Shown here piece after piece: positions 36,910-49,155 of a stretch of DNA of 64,000 bases. Under the pieces are notes generated by a model. That model saw only the letters and a program-made list of their open reading frames with translations. It did no database searches and was not told where the DNA came from. The stretch covers positions 1 to 64,000 of the forward strand of contig NW_024704870.1 in the NCBI RefSeq assembly GCF_018977255.1, given 5' to 3'. The DNA is from Callorhinchus milii (lineage: Eukaryota). The position numbers were made by a program, and so were the translations under genes. Each line of letters begins with the position of its first letter. The first letter of the stretch is position 1.

Positions 36910-37945
36910 TCTATCCGGCTTCCGCGCTGACCACAGAACGAAAACAGCACTGGTCAAAGTCACTATTGATATTCTGAACATCTGTGATCCGGGCTCCCTC
37001 TGCCTCCGTGTCCTTTCCGATCTCTCTGCTGCCTTCGATACTGTCGACCAATCCATCCACGTACACTGCCATTCCGCTTTACTCAATCTACACGGCCTTG
37101 CCATTGCCTGGTTAGATTCCTGTCCCTCTCAACGTCTCCACTTTGTTACCTCTAACGTTTCCCCTCCAGCCTCCGCACTGTCACGTCTGGCGTCACCCCC
37201 AGGACTCTGTCCTTGTCCCTCTCCTCTTTAGTACCTGCATCCCCATTGGCAATATTACCCGCAGATATGGAGTCAACTTCCACATATATGCGCATGACAA
37301 CCAACTCTATCTTTCTGTCTCCACCCTCAACTCCAGGACCACTCCTGTCCTGACAGACTCCCTGTCGGACAACCAGTCCTCGATGACGGCAATTTTACTG
37401 AAGTTGAATGTGAACAAGACTGAGTCTCATCTGATTGGCCCGCGCCAACGTCTCTGCATCTTAGGCTCTGGCAACATAAATCTCCATGTTTGCATACTAC
37501 AACTCAACAAGACCCCATCACCCTAATTCCCGGCTCCTGTGTGTATCCTTCAGAGGATCCAGTTCGTAATCCTGCTTCTCATCTGCAAAGCCCTCCAACC
37601 CATCACCCACCCTATGTTTGCGACCTCCTAATGCCCTACCAGCCCACCCGCCAGCTCCCTCCGCTCAGCCGGCTCCGGCCTGCTTCACGTCCCACAACAC
37701 ACCTGTCCCACAATTGGCGGAACAGCCTTCAGACACTTTGCCTGCAACCTCTAGATTTCCGTCCCCTAATCATTCTACATCGTACCCTCCTTAGCCGCTT
37801 TCAAGTCCCACCTCAAGACCCTCCACTACGACTATGGCATCGGCCACTCCCCTTTCCGTCCCCTCCCTTCTCTCTCACTGGTATCACCTCGGTTCTCAGT
37901 TGCTATTAACTATCCAGCGTTCTGGGATGTCCTCCCGATGTGAAA
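36910..37945 (+). mobile_element. 5'-truncated older L2 (RT region to 3' tail), head-to-head with the previous element
   Basis: TALVKVT..DLSAAFDTVD, PQDSVL and YAHDNQLYL (degenerate YADD), then tail gggatgtcctcccgatgtgaaagg. Confidence 0.8.
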
Positions 37946-38850
37946 GGAGAAAGGGAAAGCTGAAGAAAATGACTTCAAGGTGTGGCAAAGATCCAAACCC
38001 CAGCTCTGACGCAAACTCTGGACAGCCATTTGATATAAGTGTAAATGGATCCATCCTTTGTAGGATCCGTTGAACCAAAAGAAAAAGTGGAAATGACCAA
38101 ATCAATTTAATTGCATGTATCCATGGCTGTTTGTGGACATTGCTGTGTGCAAGTGATTGCGTTTGTTAGCCCACAAATCCACAGCTACTGCACATTGCAG
38201 CGTATCATGTGAAGCTTTGGGGGGAATCCTCCCGATGTGAAAGTTGCTTCATCAATTGCAAGCATTGTTATCAATATTATTATTGTTGTTATTATGTCTT
38301 GTTTCTGTTTTATGTTTTTGATTGCAGTTTTTGTGAGTAAAATTTACTTTAAAGAAGGAATAATGTCTTTACTTTCTGTGACTAAACTTGACATGTTTCG
38401 GAAACTGACTCCTAAATGTTTTAAGTCAGTTTTGGTTTCATTATGTGAAACAAGTACAACATTATTTTTGATTCGGGTCATGATCAGTTCATCATCCCAC
38501 GTGATTACATGCCTCAAAAGAAAATCAGGATACTTTCGCGCATTGCAGACGCTTGTAAGAGATACAGATTTTCAATTACGGTCGCGATAAACATAATACG
38601 AAATCATTAGTTTTGTTTTTTTATTTCATGACCGATTGCATTAATTTAAATGTCATACTTCACAGATTAACGATCACTAATTCGATTGTTCAAAAGATTG
38701 TCACTAATTGCAGCTTGTGAGACCTGCACATCACACTGGGAATTCTTCTAGCAGTTTAAATAAAGCACTTTTTTCAGCCGTCGGAATGAATCTCTTTTCA
38801 TTGGAACCCGGTCAGCCTGCACCAGCAATTCTGTCTGATTTTCACAGAAA

Positions 38851-38923
38851 ATGCATCGACAGGAATTTGTTCTTCCAACAACTTACATTTACTATCCCAT
38901 TCTCGCAGCCATTCAGGTCCCCA
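38851..38923 (+). CDS. Class A orphan GPCR exon 1 (MHRQEFVLPTTYIYYPILAAIQVP)
   Basis: ATG in good context (gaaaATGc), YYPILAA start of TM1, phase-1 donor A|GTAAGT at 38924. It joins exon 2 in frame. Confidence 0.8.
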
Positions 38924-39808
38924 GTAAGTGTTTACAGTCGCGGAGCACTGAGCTAATCGTATAGCGATTCTGATTATGTAACACATGCATACATTGATGA
39001 GTGGCCTTTTCCTGGACCTGACAGCCTGGCTCAGTTGGTTGTGCTGGGGTTGCCTCGAGTTGTAGAAAACTGTAATCATTCCGAGAAGACGTTAACTCGA
39101 GTGCAGAATTTCAGTAGACTACTCTGCTGGAGGTGAGCTCCTTTCCATGAGCAGTAAACTGACACTCCCCATCCCCACTGTTTATGATAATATGGATATT
39201 GCAGATAGATTGCATGGCCCATCCTCTGCGTTTGCTAAATATTTTACGCAAAATGTTAGAGCAGAAGGACCGAGATCAGCTTTGTTTGACGAACTTGTTA
39301 CCATTGCATTGCAAATCAGATGAGATGGGAGAGGTTTGGCCTTTTTTCAAGGCGAAAGATCTTTCAAGACTGGAGCTAATAGATGTGTTTCTAATTATAA
39401 AATGATTGATGAAGAAAGCGTAAATGGTCCTTTGTTTGATGGGGAGTGCATAAACACGATACAGTGACTTCAAAGGGAATAGGTGAGAATGGAGTAGAGT
39501 GAGCGATGAGTCGGGGAAGGGGATTAACGTTATGTAAAATGACTGCCACAGAATGGTTGGACCGAGTGGGCTATGTCTGTGCTGTGCAGGTTTTGTAAGA
39601 CTTTGAAAGAGCTTGGGAAAGAGCAGAGTCTTTTCAGCCCAGTCCAGCCTGGTCTGGTTGAGGAGTAAATTATAGTAAGATTTTCATGTATCGACCCAAG
39701 ATCTAATTCCATTTATTTTGCACAGTGACTTCTTAAGTAGCAATACACTTGAATTCAAAACATTGCAATTTTACTTTGTTCAAACTGTATTCTCTCTTTC
39801 TCTTCCAG

Positions 39809-40722
39809 TAAACCTTGTGGCAATCGTGATTCTGTACAGAGGAAAGTGCGGTCTCTCCAAATGCATCACTCGCTACCTGGTGGCCATGGCAGCCGCGGAC
39901 CTGATGGTGACTATATTTGATGTGACATGTTACCGCACTGGGTACCTTTACTTTGCCACCACGGTGCTGAATATCACCCCAGTTTGCCGCGTCAATATAG
40001 TCCTTATCAGGGCCTCCACAGATTGCTCTGTGTGGTTCACAGTCGCTTTCACCTTCGACCGCTTCATGTGCATTTGTCGCCAAAAGTTGAAATTAATATT
40101 TGCTACTGAACAAACCGCGGTCAAGGTGCTCGGTACATTCTTTACAATAAATTGCTTGAAGAACATTGGGGATTATTTTGCATTCGGTCCTCGCTACGTT
40201 ATTGGCAACGTCTCATGGGGCTGTGTCCACACTGAAAGCTTTACCTTGTTGCTTGGATGGAAAATCTATGCCTACATTACATACATTTGGAATCCTTTAC
40301 TCCCGTTCCTATTGATTCTGCTATTGAATGCGCTGACTGTGAGACACATTCTGGTGAGCAGCAAAGTCCGTATAAGACTCCATGCTGGCAATATTGGCGG
40401 CAAACGGAAAGATCCCGAGATGGAGAGCCGCAAGAAGTCCATTATTTTACTCTTCGCTGTTTCAGGCAGTTTTATTCTCCTCTGGATGACTTATGTGGTC
40501 AATGGTATATATGGCCGAATCACGAAAAACTACTATTACTCAGGTTTCGACGATCCGTTGTTCATCAGACAAGAAGTGGGGATTATGCTCCAGCTTTTCA
40601 GCTGCGGGACGAACACATGCATTTATGCGGTGAGCCAGAGGAAGTTCAGAGGGGAGCTGAGAACTTGCGTGCTTTTTCCATTCGTTCAATTTCTTAAACT
40701 GATAGCCCTGGTAAAGCGTTGA
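39809..40722 (+). CDS. Class A orphan GPCR exon 2, GPR139/GPR142-like (spliced protein about 328 aa)
   Basis: Acceptor tctctttctcttccAG, NLVAIVIL-RGKCGLSKCITRYLVAMAAADL, TFDRF (DRY-like), PLLPF, DPEMESRKKS, SFILLW, NTCIY (NPxxY-like). TGA at 40720-40722 is followed immediately by AATAAA. Family assignment is by motif recall, not by search. Confidence 0.9.
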
Positions 40723-43700
40723 AATAAATGTATGGTGGTTTTCCAATGTCTGACATCGAACCTTGGAACAAGATTATTTTCGCAAATATCTTCGCTGCGC
40801 TGTGCGGAATAATGATAATAATAATCCTTGCATTTCATATCGCGACTCATCACGTTCTCGAGAATACTCAAATCGCTTCGTGGATTGATTATATAGTTTG
40901 TGGGAGGTTTACGGCAGCCAACTGTAAACACGCGAGTCCCACAAAAAGTTGTGAATTGAGTGACCAACAATTATATTTTCTTTTTCTTATTGAAGGAATA
41001 ATAAGCCCATAAATGTGGTCAACCAGTCTATCAAAGCACTGTCCTAATAACTGGTAGGTAAATAGCACTGTTGGGAGGGAGAGAATTCGCCTCGGGTATA
41101 AATCTAATCAAGTGTTAATCGGATAATTTATCAATCAATCAATTAATTAGTTAATCAATTCTTACTAATCAAGTAAGAATCGAACAAAAGTAATATTGTT
41201 TATGAGGCTAGTGCTTCAAGAAGCATGACAATCCAACACCTGCAAATCTCAGTTCAAGAATGCCCAATTCGGCCACAAAATGTTGGCCAAATTACGAGAC
41301 AATTGAAATAAAAAATACCGCTGCTCTGTAAATAGTTATTGTTTCCTGTCTTTTATTTGAGGGTCAGACAGTGGTGGAATCGTGGTTTTGATACATGCAT
41401 AAATCTATTGCCATGCATCAGTGTCTCCAACACAGACTTAGAAATTTGTGACTGCGAATTGCCACACAGCGGTTGTCAGAAATATACTGTTTATATTCGT
41501 CTATATATTTTTCGGCGAAACGCCGAACTTAACACAGAATTGTCACACAAACAATCGTCGAGTGAAAGACCAAGTCATATACATAATACATATATATGTA
41601 TACATCTACCAAATAAGTAATAGTTTCTGGAGGATTAAAGCAACTGCTTCAGCACCAGTATGCCAGAGATATCCTGTATGCTTCACCTAAAAAGTGCAAG
41701 AAAATTAATTAAATTGCCAAAAAAAAGCCAGCAATGGAGCACAAATTCGAAAACGCGGCGCTAACATCTTTTCGAAAGGGTCGATAATTTGTAAAAGTCT
41801 GTACGAATGGGATAGACCCATCTAGTGACAGCAATTTCAACAGAATGGCCTAGCCATATATATATCTAAGTAAATCAGAGGTAATAATTAAACCATCAAC
41901 ATTTTGTGGCAGTAGATTCTCAATTCCATTTCAAATCTATGGGATCAATCCTGAGAAATTTGCTTTGAATGTTCAAGAGCTCTAAGTTCTACAAACAATT
42001 ATCAAATGATTTGCTTTTTTGTGCAATACGCAGTGCGGTAAAATACGTGTTCAAGGAAAGATCTGTACCTTTTAACCACAGTTTAGTTCATGCTTTAAAG
42101 TAACCACTAAGCGGTGCTGCAGGATCATTTCGGAAAGTTGAACATTGTCATTGCTGTTAACCAATGATAGCAATTTGGACGCATGAGCTTTTTGAGCAGC
42201 GGGAAGCTTGACTTGCTTTTGGCTCTTGTGTTTTTTTCAGGGGAACAGTAACAAAAATACTTTGCTTTATCTTATCGCTGATCCAATGACTTATTGATAA
42301 GCAAACTCTGCAACCATAAACTAAAAAATATTACTAGCGCTTCTATATTTCAAATTCATGCATTGCTTAATAGAACGATCAAAGAACCTCAAAGATCAAC
42401 CCATCCATCTGTTCATTCATCTGTGAATTCACTCAGCCGTTTTTTCATCGATCCACAACAGCATACATACAACTCAACCTATCCATACTTCCATCCATTC
42501 TTCAACCTAATCTATCTATCCTTCCGTCCAAACGTTCAGCTTGCTCTTGAAATGAACTACAAGCGGAATATTAAAAGAAGACAAACGATGAACAACAGAG
42601 CTGCTGTTTGTAAACGGATCCAAGGATCCATTTATGAGACCAGATAGTCGGAATCTGTGAGACCATCTTGTTTTAAAATTTGCATTGCCATGTGGAAAAT
42701 TAAGTTTGTAAAGTAGAGAGCTCTGTCTGATTTTTTTTCACAAAAATAAAAACTAAGAATATGACGTTTAAAAAAAAAAAATTATTTGAATGATTGTGAG
42801 CTGATGCTCCAATTGATGTTTCAGCTTATTTCAATGGGATTTGTCTCTTCAAATGTAATCGCATCCAATGAGAGAGAGATTCGCACGGTCACTGTGGCTG
42901 GAGAAGTTCTCCAACTAAGGCGATTTTCATCTGCAGATGAAAGGAAACGGCTCACTGCCCAGATAGCACAGGTTTCTGCAGACAGCAAATCTGGCAGATA
43001 TTGTGTGTATCTCATTGCAACTATACGTTTGTTCATTATTTAGAAAAAGTTTTCATTCTCAGATAATAAACATTAATTATCCATGCATATTATGTGGCGC
43101 TTTCACGTCTTCTGGACGTCTCAAAGTGCTACACAAAATATTCTATGAAGTAAATTCGCTATATATTTGTGGATAAAACGCGCAGCCAATTGCGCACAGC
43201 AGTGCCGAGACACATTGCTGGACGGAAGTTAACAATTTATAAAATATTTGTTCAGGAGTTATAATTAGGTGAGTGGAATAAGGAAACTTAACTCGTGCAT
43301 CGCCCTGTCTGGAAGCGAACCCAGGTATCTCGCTTGCAAGTCGAGTGCTGTTAATATTGACCGCCGTCATTTCCCACAAAATACACAGACAATTCAGTTT
43401 ACAATGCTTTGTGCGTAGCCCTATGAGACGCCTTGAAGAAGTGATCAGGCACTCTATCAAATGAAACGATTACTAATATTATTCTATAGGTAATATATTG
43501 TTCATTATGGGGATTTTCGGCCAGAATATCTTGAGATATTCCTTTTTATAAGCAGCGTTATGGGAGCTTTAACCTCTAAGGAAACAGACAGACCAAATCT
43601 CCTACGGTACAGTTCACGATATGTACTATACTGCAATGCACTGAGTTCAGAATCTCAATGTGGGGATTGAACATGTTTGAAAATGAAATCAGCCAACTCT

Positions 43701-43974
43701 GCAAGGAAATAACGGCAATTCCTCTAAACCGATATTAGACTGTTTTATTATTATTCGTTCGTTATTCCCCAATATCCCGATGGGTCAGACCAAAGGCCGG
43801 TACAATCAACAGATATTATAAGAGAATAACACCGCTATAGATATCTCGAGTTCAAGAGTTCAACACTGTGTCTTTCCTGTACACAAACTTGATTCTTCAT
43901 GCTTTCAGTCTTCTTGCTTACAGCTTTCAATCTTCCATCTGATATCCTCAGTCTTAGTGTTTCCAGCTCTCAGT

Positions 43975-44135
43975 CTTCCATCTCCTTATCCTTGACTCCG
44001 CAGCCCCGGATGGCCCCGTCTCCCGTATCCTTGTCTCCACGTCCCAGGATGGCTCCATCTCCCGTATCCTTGTCTCCGCGACCAGGGTCGGCTCCATCTC
44101 CCTTGTCTTTGTTTCCGTGACCCGGGACGGCCCCG
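43975..44135. repeat. 39-bp minisatellite, about 4 copies
   Basis: Unit starts at ~43975, 44013, 44052 and 44091 (gc(t/c)cc(a/g)tctcccgtatccttgtctcc...). Confidence 0.85.
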
Positions 44136-44849
44136 TACACAAAGTTATCGAAACTCTTATACCAATGTTCATCCAATCATGGTGCGGACATTAGATCACC
44201 TGGTCGAAATCATGCCGGGTTCACGTGAACACCTCATGGGGTGTACGTGCCTCACACACACAACCACACTGTCCTTGAGACAGTCCGTTATCTCGTGTCC
44301 GTGCAGGGAGTTTCAGTCCCGCTGCCCACAACACACTTAACTTAAAAGTTCACCCGTTCGCAACATCTATTGTGATTCTAACATTATACAAAAAGTGTAA
44401 AATTCGAACTCAGTTGACGTTCATTGAGACCAAAGGCCTAAAGTGCCGTTGGTAAATCGGAAAAAATACTGAGAGAGACGGACATCGCAAAGCATTGCAC
44501 ATGGTGTAATGTTTAGTGTATTGACTGTATCTTTCAGCAAATTCGCAGCAACTTAGTTTTCCAGTGTATTTGTGACGACCTTTGAGACGTCTTGAAGTCG
44601 TGATAATGCGTTACATTAAATCTAAGGATTACTATTATTTATTTTACTATTTTACATTGCATGAACCACTCTATCACATTTTCCTTCTGGTTGGGAATTA
44701 GTCGCGTGTTTCCTCTGAGAGACACAGCAGCAAAGTCACAATTTTTGAAATAGGTCAACTGACAGGAATAACATCTGTTCTGAGATTAGACTCTTTCACT
44801 CCTCGTTGGAGGTTTATGCACAGTGGTGCAGTCTGACAATAACAGTGTG

Positions 44850-45160
44850 CGTGTGATGGCACAGTAATATGTGACCATGTCTGATAGAGCCACGGGGAAC
44901 ACAAATACAGTGGATCTCTTCCTGCTCGTGTCCAGATTTGGCCTTAAAGATTGCGTTGCAAATTCAGCAGTGAATGTCGCCCCTTCACAATCGTGTCTCC
45001 TTGTGTACAGAGGAGGTTCGCATAGATGCTGACGGCACCAGAATATTAAAACATTGGTGAAATCAGCAGAGTAGCTAAGCTCAGGGTCACAGTCTCTCCT
45101 TGAATAACAGATACTTCCATCCATCTGTCATGGTTCAACACTGACTCCATTCCTCGCCCC
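44850..45160 (-). pseudogene. TCR alpha/delta V pseudogene (paralog of the 57.5 kb V) with a 23-RSS at 44811-44849
   Basis: FW-RQ and TYYCAIT motifs. In-frame TGA and a frameshift that removes Cys23; acceptor AG lost. RSS CACACTG-23-GCATAAACC. Confidence 0.85.
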
Positions 45161-46169
45161 GGTAACCAGAGAGAACATGTTATTCGCTGTCACACAAAGC
45201 CTAATTGTTTTAAGGGTGAGAGAGAAAGACGTAAACATCAGGCCCAATAATAGTGAATTTCACATCCCGAAGGGGAACAGCGCAAATACGCTGCCGTGTT
45301 ATCTTTCAAAGCACGTAGCAATTCAACCTCACTGTAAAATCATTTGAAGTGCTTTATGTTATACTGCATACCGAAAAGCGATAATATGTAAAAGCTGTTG
45401 TTCCTTCATTTCCAGGATTAATTTTCCATACTTGGTTGTCAAAAAAGATGAGCCTAGGGTGCTGAAGTAAGTCAAGTAAGAACCAAGTCTGCCTCAAACC
45501 CCGTACGTTTCTTTATTTCAGTTATCCCGTCAATGCCATTTCAAATCATTGATCATCTTGAATTCTTCAACCGTAAATAACATTAAAATAAACGTTGTCT
45601 TTGATGGAGCGATTGCATATTTTCTAATGGAGCATGAGTCTCCAATAAACAGTCGTGGATTGAGTTTCCATAATGTTATTATTTGCCTATGCTTTGCAGC
45701 TTTATTACCCTGGAAAATTAAGCACTAATCGAATAACAACCAGTTTCCTACTCGGCTATAGGCCAAAAGAGTCGTGTGTTTTGCACAAGTAAACTTGAAA
45801 ACATTTCTCCCTTCCTCAGATCCGAACCCAAGTCCAATCGCTTGCGAGGCGAGAAATCTAACCACTGAAGTATAGGACTCCATTGACATTATAATATAAT
45901 TTCACAAAAATGCTGTGTGTGAAGTGATTATCGTACATAAAGCACTGATTTGTAGATCATAATATTAATTTATCGACCATAAGCGTACAGAATTGCGAAG
46001 GTTCTCTCTCACTCTATCCAATGAACAACTGGCTGTGGCGTTTTGACTATAAAATATACACTCAATTAAGCTTGAAATGTATTCTGTAAAGCACATTGAG
46101 CGGTCTCAATGAAGTGACAAGGCACGAAATCAAACGCAAGGAGTATTATACTTGTTATTATATTTTAGC

Positions 46170-46705
46170 CTCTCAGCCCAGAGGCTCTGGAACTCCATCC
46201 CCCAGTGCCTTCGCCGCTTCCTCCATTTCCTCCTTCAAGGACGGTCTCAAGACCTTTATCTTTGACCTTCAGCCTTCAGCTCCCCTCTCGACTCTCTACC
46301 CCCTCCTCGCTCCCTCCTTTCCCTACCCTCACTCCGACCATTTCCCCTCCTCGCTCCCTCCCTTCCCTCCCCTCACACTGATCATTTCCCTCTCCTCGTT
46401 GATTTAATTCCCTCCCCGCACCCTGACCATTTGCCCTCTCCTCGCTCCCTCCCCTCCTCACACTATGACCACTCCACTCTCCTCGCTCCCTCCCCTCCCC
46501 TCACCCTGATCATTTCCACCCTCCTCGCTCCCTCCCCTCCCCTCACCCTGACAATTTGCCCCCTCCTCGCTCCCTCCATTCCGTCCCCTCACCGTGACCA
46601 TTTGCACCCGTGCTCGGGTCCCGACCCAACTGTCCAGCGCCTTGGGACGTCCTCCCGACGTGAAAGGTGCTCTATAAATGAAATCTTGTTGTTCTTGTTG
46701 TTGTT
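46170..46705 (+). mobile_element. L2 3' end with an internally amplified ~40-bp unit
   Basis: Repeated ctcctcgctccctcccctcccctcaccctgaccatt units, ending in cagcgccttgggacgtcctcccgacgtgaaaggtgctctataaatgaaatc(ttg)n. Confidence 0.8.
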
Positions 46706-46971
46706 CTTTTGTTAATGTTTTCATCAACTTCCAAAAACATTCATCTGCATCTGGGATCTGTTGATGAATAACATTTCAAATCTACAGTAAGAAAACTATC
46801 ACATATTTAATTGTCTTGATGTGAACTTAATCATGTTCAGCCTACGGTGGCAGTTGGGAGAGGATTAGTTTAACTGTCTGTCTGTCTGTCACCAACTGTA
46901 CCGTATATTTTCTCAGCTTTGGTTGTGATGAGGGTTCTTGTACGAGGCTTCCTATGATGTGTATCACTGTG

Positions 46972-47276
46972 GTGCAGACCGAGTGCACAGTGATACATAG
47001 CGAAGTCTATCAGTCGCAGGTCGGCGATGGTTAAATCGCTGATTTTCTTGGCAGTGTCAAGAGAAGCAGAAATGTGATCTCCAGTGGGCTTTCCTTCCTC
47101 TACTGAGGGGTTTATGTGTGAGCAGATATTTCAATGCCTCGCCGGGGGATTGAAGGTAACAGGAGACGCAGAAATCCTGTCCACACAATTGTGAATATCA
47201 GCAATAATTTGATCCTCTCAGCAGCAAAAGCAGTTTGTTCAGGCGGTGACTGGGAAGCTGTGTACCTCGTTTCTCT
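46972..47276 (-). pseudogene. Pseudogenised local duplicate of the supporting Vdelta, with a 23-RSS at 46933-46971
   Basis: Highly similar to 47943-48244 but with frameshifts, TGA after Cys23 and Trp41 TGG>TGT. RSS CACAGTG-23-ACAAGAACC is intact. Confidence 0.9.
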
Positions 47277-47942
47277 CTGGACTAAATTACCGGTTTCCTA
47301 GTTTCACCGAATCACAGAAACATAAAATCATTCCAGTTGATTTAGCGCCTTCTCGCATCTTGCAGACGTCTCAAAGCGATGCACAGAATACACTACGAAG
47401 TGAAGTGACTTTGAATTTTGTGGGCGAAATCCATCAGTCAATTGCTTACTGCAGTTTGCCTCTCGCAGTTCCAGATTGCGTGTCTTCATTATTATCAACA
47501 GTCATATTTGAAGGGACTAATACCCCCGGAAAATCGATCTGTCAGTCGACAAGCATTCGGGTGCCTACTTTCTGCGAGGAAAATAGACGCGTGTGTGAAA
47601 CATGTGCATCAAATCCGCTTCTCGTTATATTGTGTGAATTATACTGAAACATGTCAGTGGCATTAGGAGGCGCGATTTTAATTGCAAGAATTGTTGTCAG
47701 TATTATCATAAATAAATCCCAATAAAATTTCACAACAATCTAACATCTATGGGTGAAAAACTTCCCAAATGTAGAGTCACATATTTTAGTTCACTTGCTA
47801 AAAACTCAGTCATGTATAAGCTACGGCGGTAGTTGTGAGAGGGTTTGTTACACTGTCTGTCACTAACTGTACTATATTGTTTCCCAGCTTTCGTTGTGAT
47901 GAGGGTTATTGTACGAGGTTTCCTATGATGTGTATCACTGTG

Positions 47943-48244
47943 GTGCAGACTGAGTGCACAGTGATACATAGCGGAGTCTGTCAGCCGCAGGTCGGCGATG
48001 GTTAAATCGCTGATTTTCTTGGCAGTGTCAAGAGAAGCAGAAATGTGATCTCCAGTGGGGTTTCCTCCCTCTCCTGAGGGGTTTCTGTGGAGGAGGTATT
48101 TCAGTGTCTCCCCAGGGGACTGTCGGTACCAGGAGACGCTGAAGTCCTGTCCGCAGAATCCTGAATATTGGCAATGTACATTTATCGTCTCACCAGCAAA
48201 AGCAGTTTGTTCAGGCGGTGACTGGGAAACTGTAAACCTCGATC
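47943..48244 (-). CDS. Leaderless supporting TCR Vdelta of NAR-TCR cassette A (intact), 23-RSS at 47904-47942
   Basis: SRFTVSQSPP...VHCQYSGFCGQDFSVSWYRQ...DSAMYHCALSL, with an extra Cys in CDR1. Acceptor ccttctgcAG, RSS CACAGTG-23-ACAATAACC. The nearest upstream donor is the NAR J, not a leader exon. Confidence 0.92.
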
Positions 48245-48677
48245 CTGCAGAAGGCACATTAAAAGTCACATATTATCATGGAATTATGAAATGTTAACCA
48301 CAGAAGTAGGCAATTCGACCCATTTTGTTTGAGCCAGCTTTCTGAAGAGCTGTCCCACCAATTCAACTCCCACGAGTTTTTCACATTACCTTTTACTTTA
48401 TTCCCCTTCTGAAATTTATTATCGAATCTGCTTCCAGCTCCCTTTCACAGATTGCAAATAAATCCTCATCATCTACCCTCGTGTTGTTTAATCGTACAAA
48501 TAGGTTCTCTAATTACCGAACCACTGGCGAGTGGAAACATTTTAATCGGTCAACTGGTTTGTTGAAATGGCTCAGTTGTATATATTTGGGAGTAGTGACT
48601 TCGAATAAAGCATTTTACTAATTCATGTGAATAAAATTGATGTGAACTGCAAATTTGCAGATGTATTTCTCACTTAC

Positions 48678-48731
48678 TTTTCGTTACGGTTACTTTGGTT
48701 GGTGATCCATCTTCGGTATATTCTTTATCAC
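48678..48731 (-). CDS. NAR-TCR J segment, cassette A (DKEYTEDGSPTKVTVTK), 23-RSS at 48732-48770
   Basis: RSS CACAGTC-23-GCAAAAACT. Phase-1 donor A|GTAAGT splices in frame to the supporting V. Confidence 0.9.
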
Positions 48732-49084
48732 CACAGTCACACGGCTCTCAATCTACAAGGTGCAAAAACTGTGCAATCAGTTCATGGTGTAATACAGTCA
48801 CCAATAACATCATTTGATTTCAAATTGGTCATTAATTGCTATCACTCCAACACTGTCCCATCTTCCAATATTTGGTGCTTCCAAATCATGTTTAATTTCG
48901 ATATTATTTCCACCCAAACACAGACAAAGTGCACGGCAATAAGAACATTTTTTCTATAAATCTCCAGCAAACATCTGCTAGAAGTAATATATTTCGAAAG
49001 CAAAATTTCAACACATTGAACAACGCAGAATAGGACACCATCATCAGTGACACGCCCGATGCATTTACAAGTAAATACCTGTAC

Positions 49085-49155
49085 GGTATTTGTGCTGATG
49101 TTTTCCAGTGTGCCTTCCCCAGCCAACACATTGTTTCACCGTCAACACAAAAAAC
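49085..49155 (-). other. NAR-TCR D segment, cassette A (14-nt core 49113-49126) with flanking 12-type RSSs
   Basis: Core TTGGCTGGGGAAGG (minus strand). J-side RSS CACACTG-12-ACAAATACC; V-side RSS CACATTG-13-ACAAAAAAC. Confidence 0.88.

Noticed and set aside
39718-39808. N-terminus of the 334-aa single-exon GPCR ORF
   Set aside because: This part is intronic polypyrimidine tract; the real TM1 start (YYPILAA) is in the upstream exon 38851-38923.
42786-43043. Weakly Ig-like ORF with a nearby CACTGTG
   Set aside because: Lacks the canonical Cys/Trp spacing, and the heptamer has no nonamer at 12 or 23 nt.
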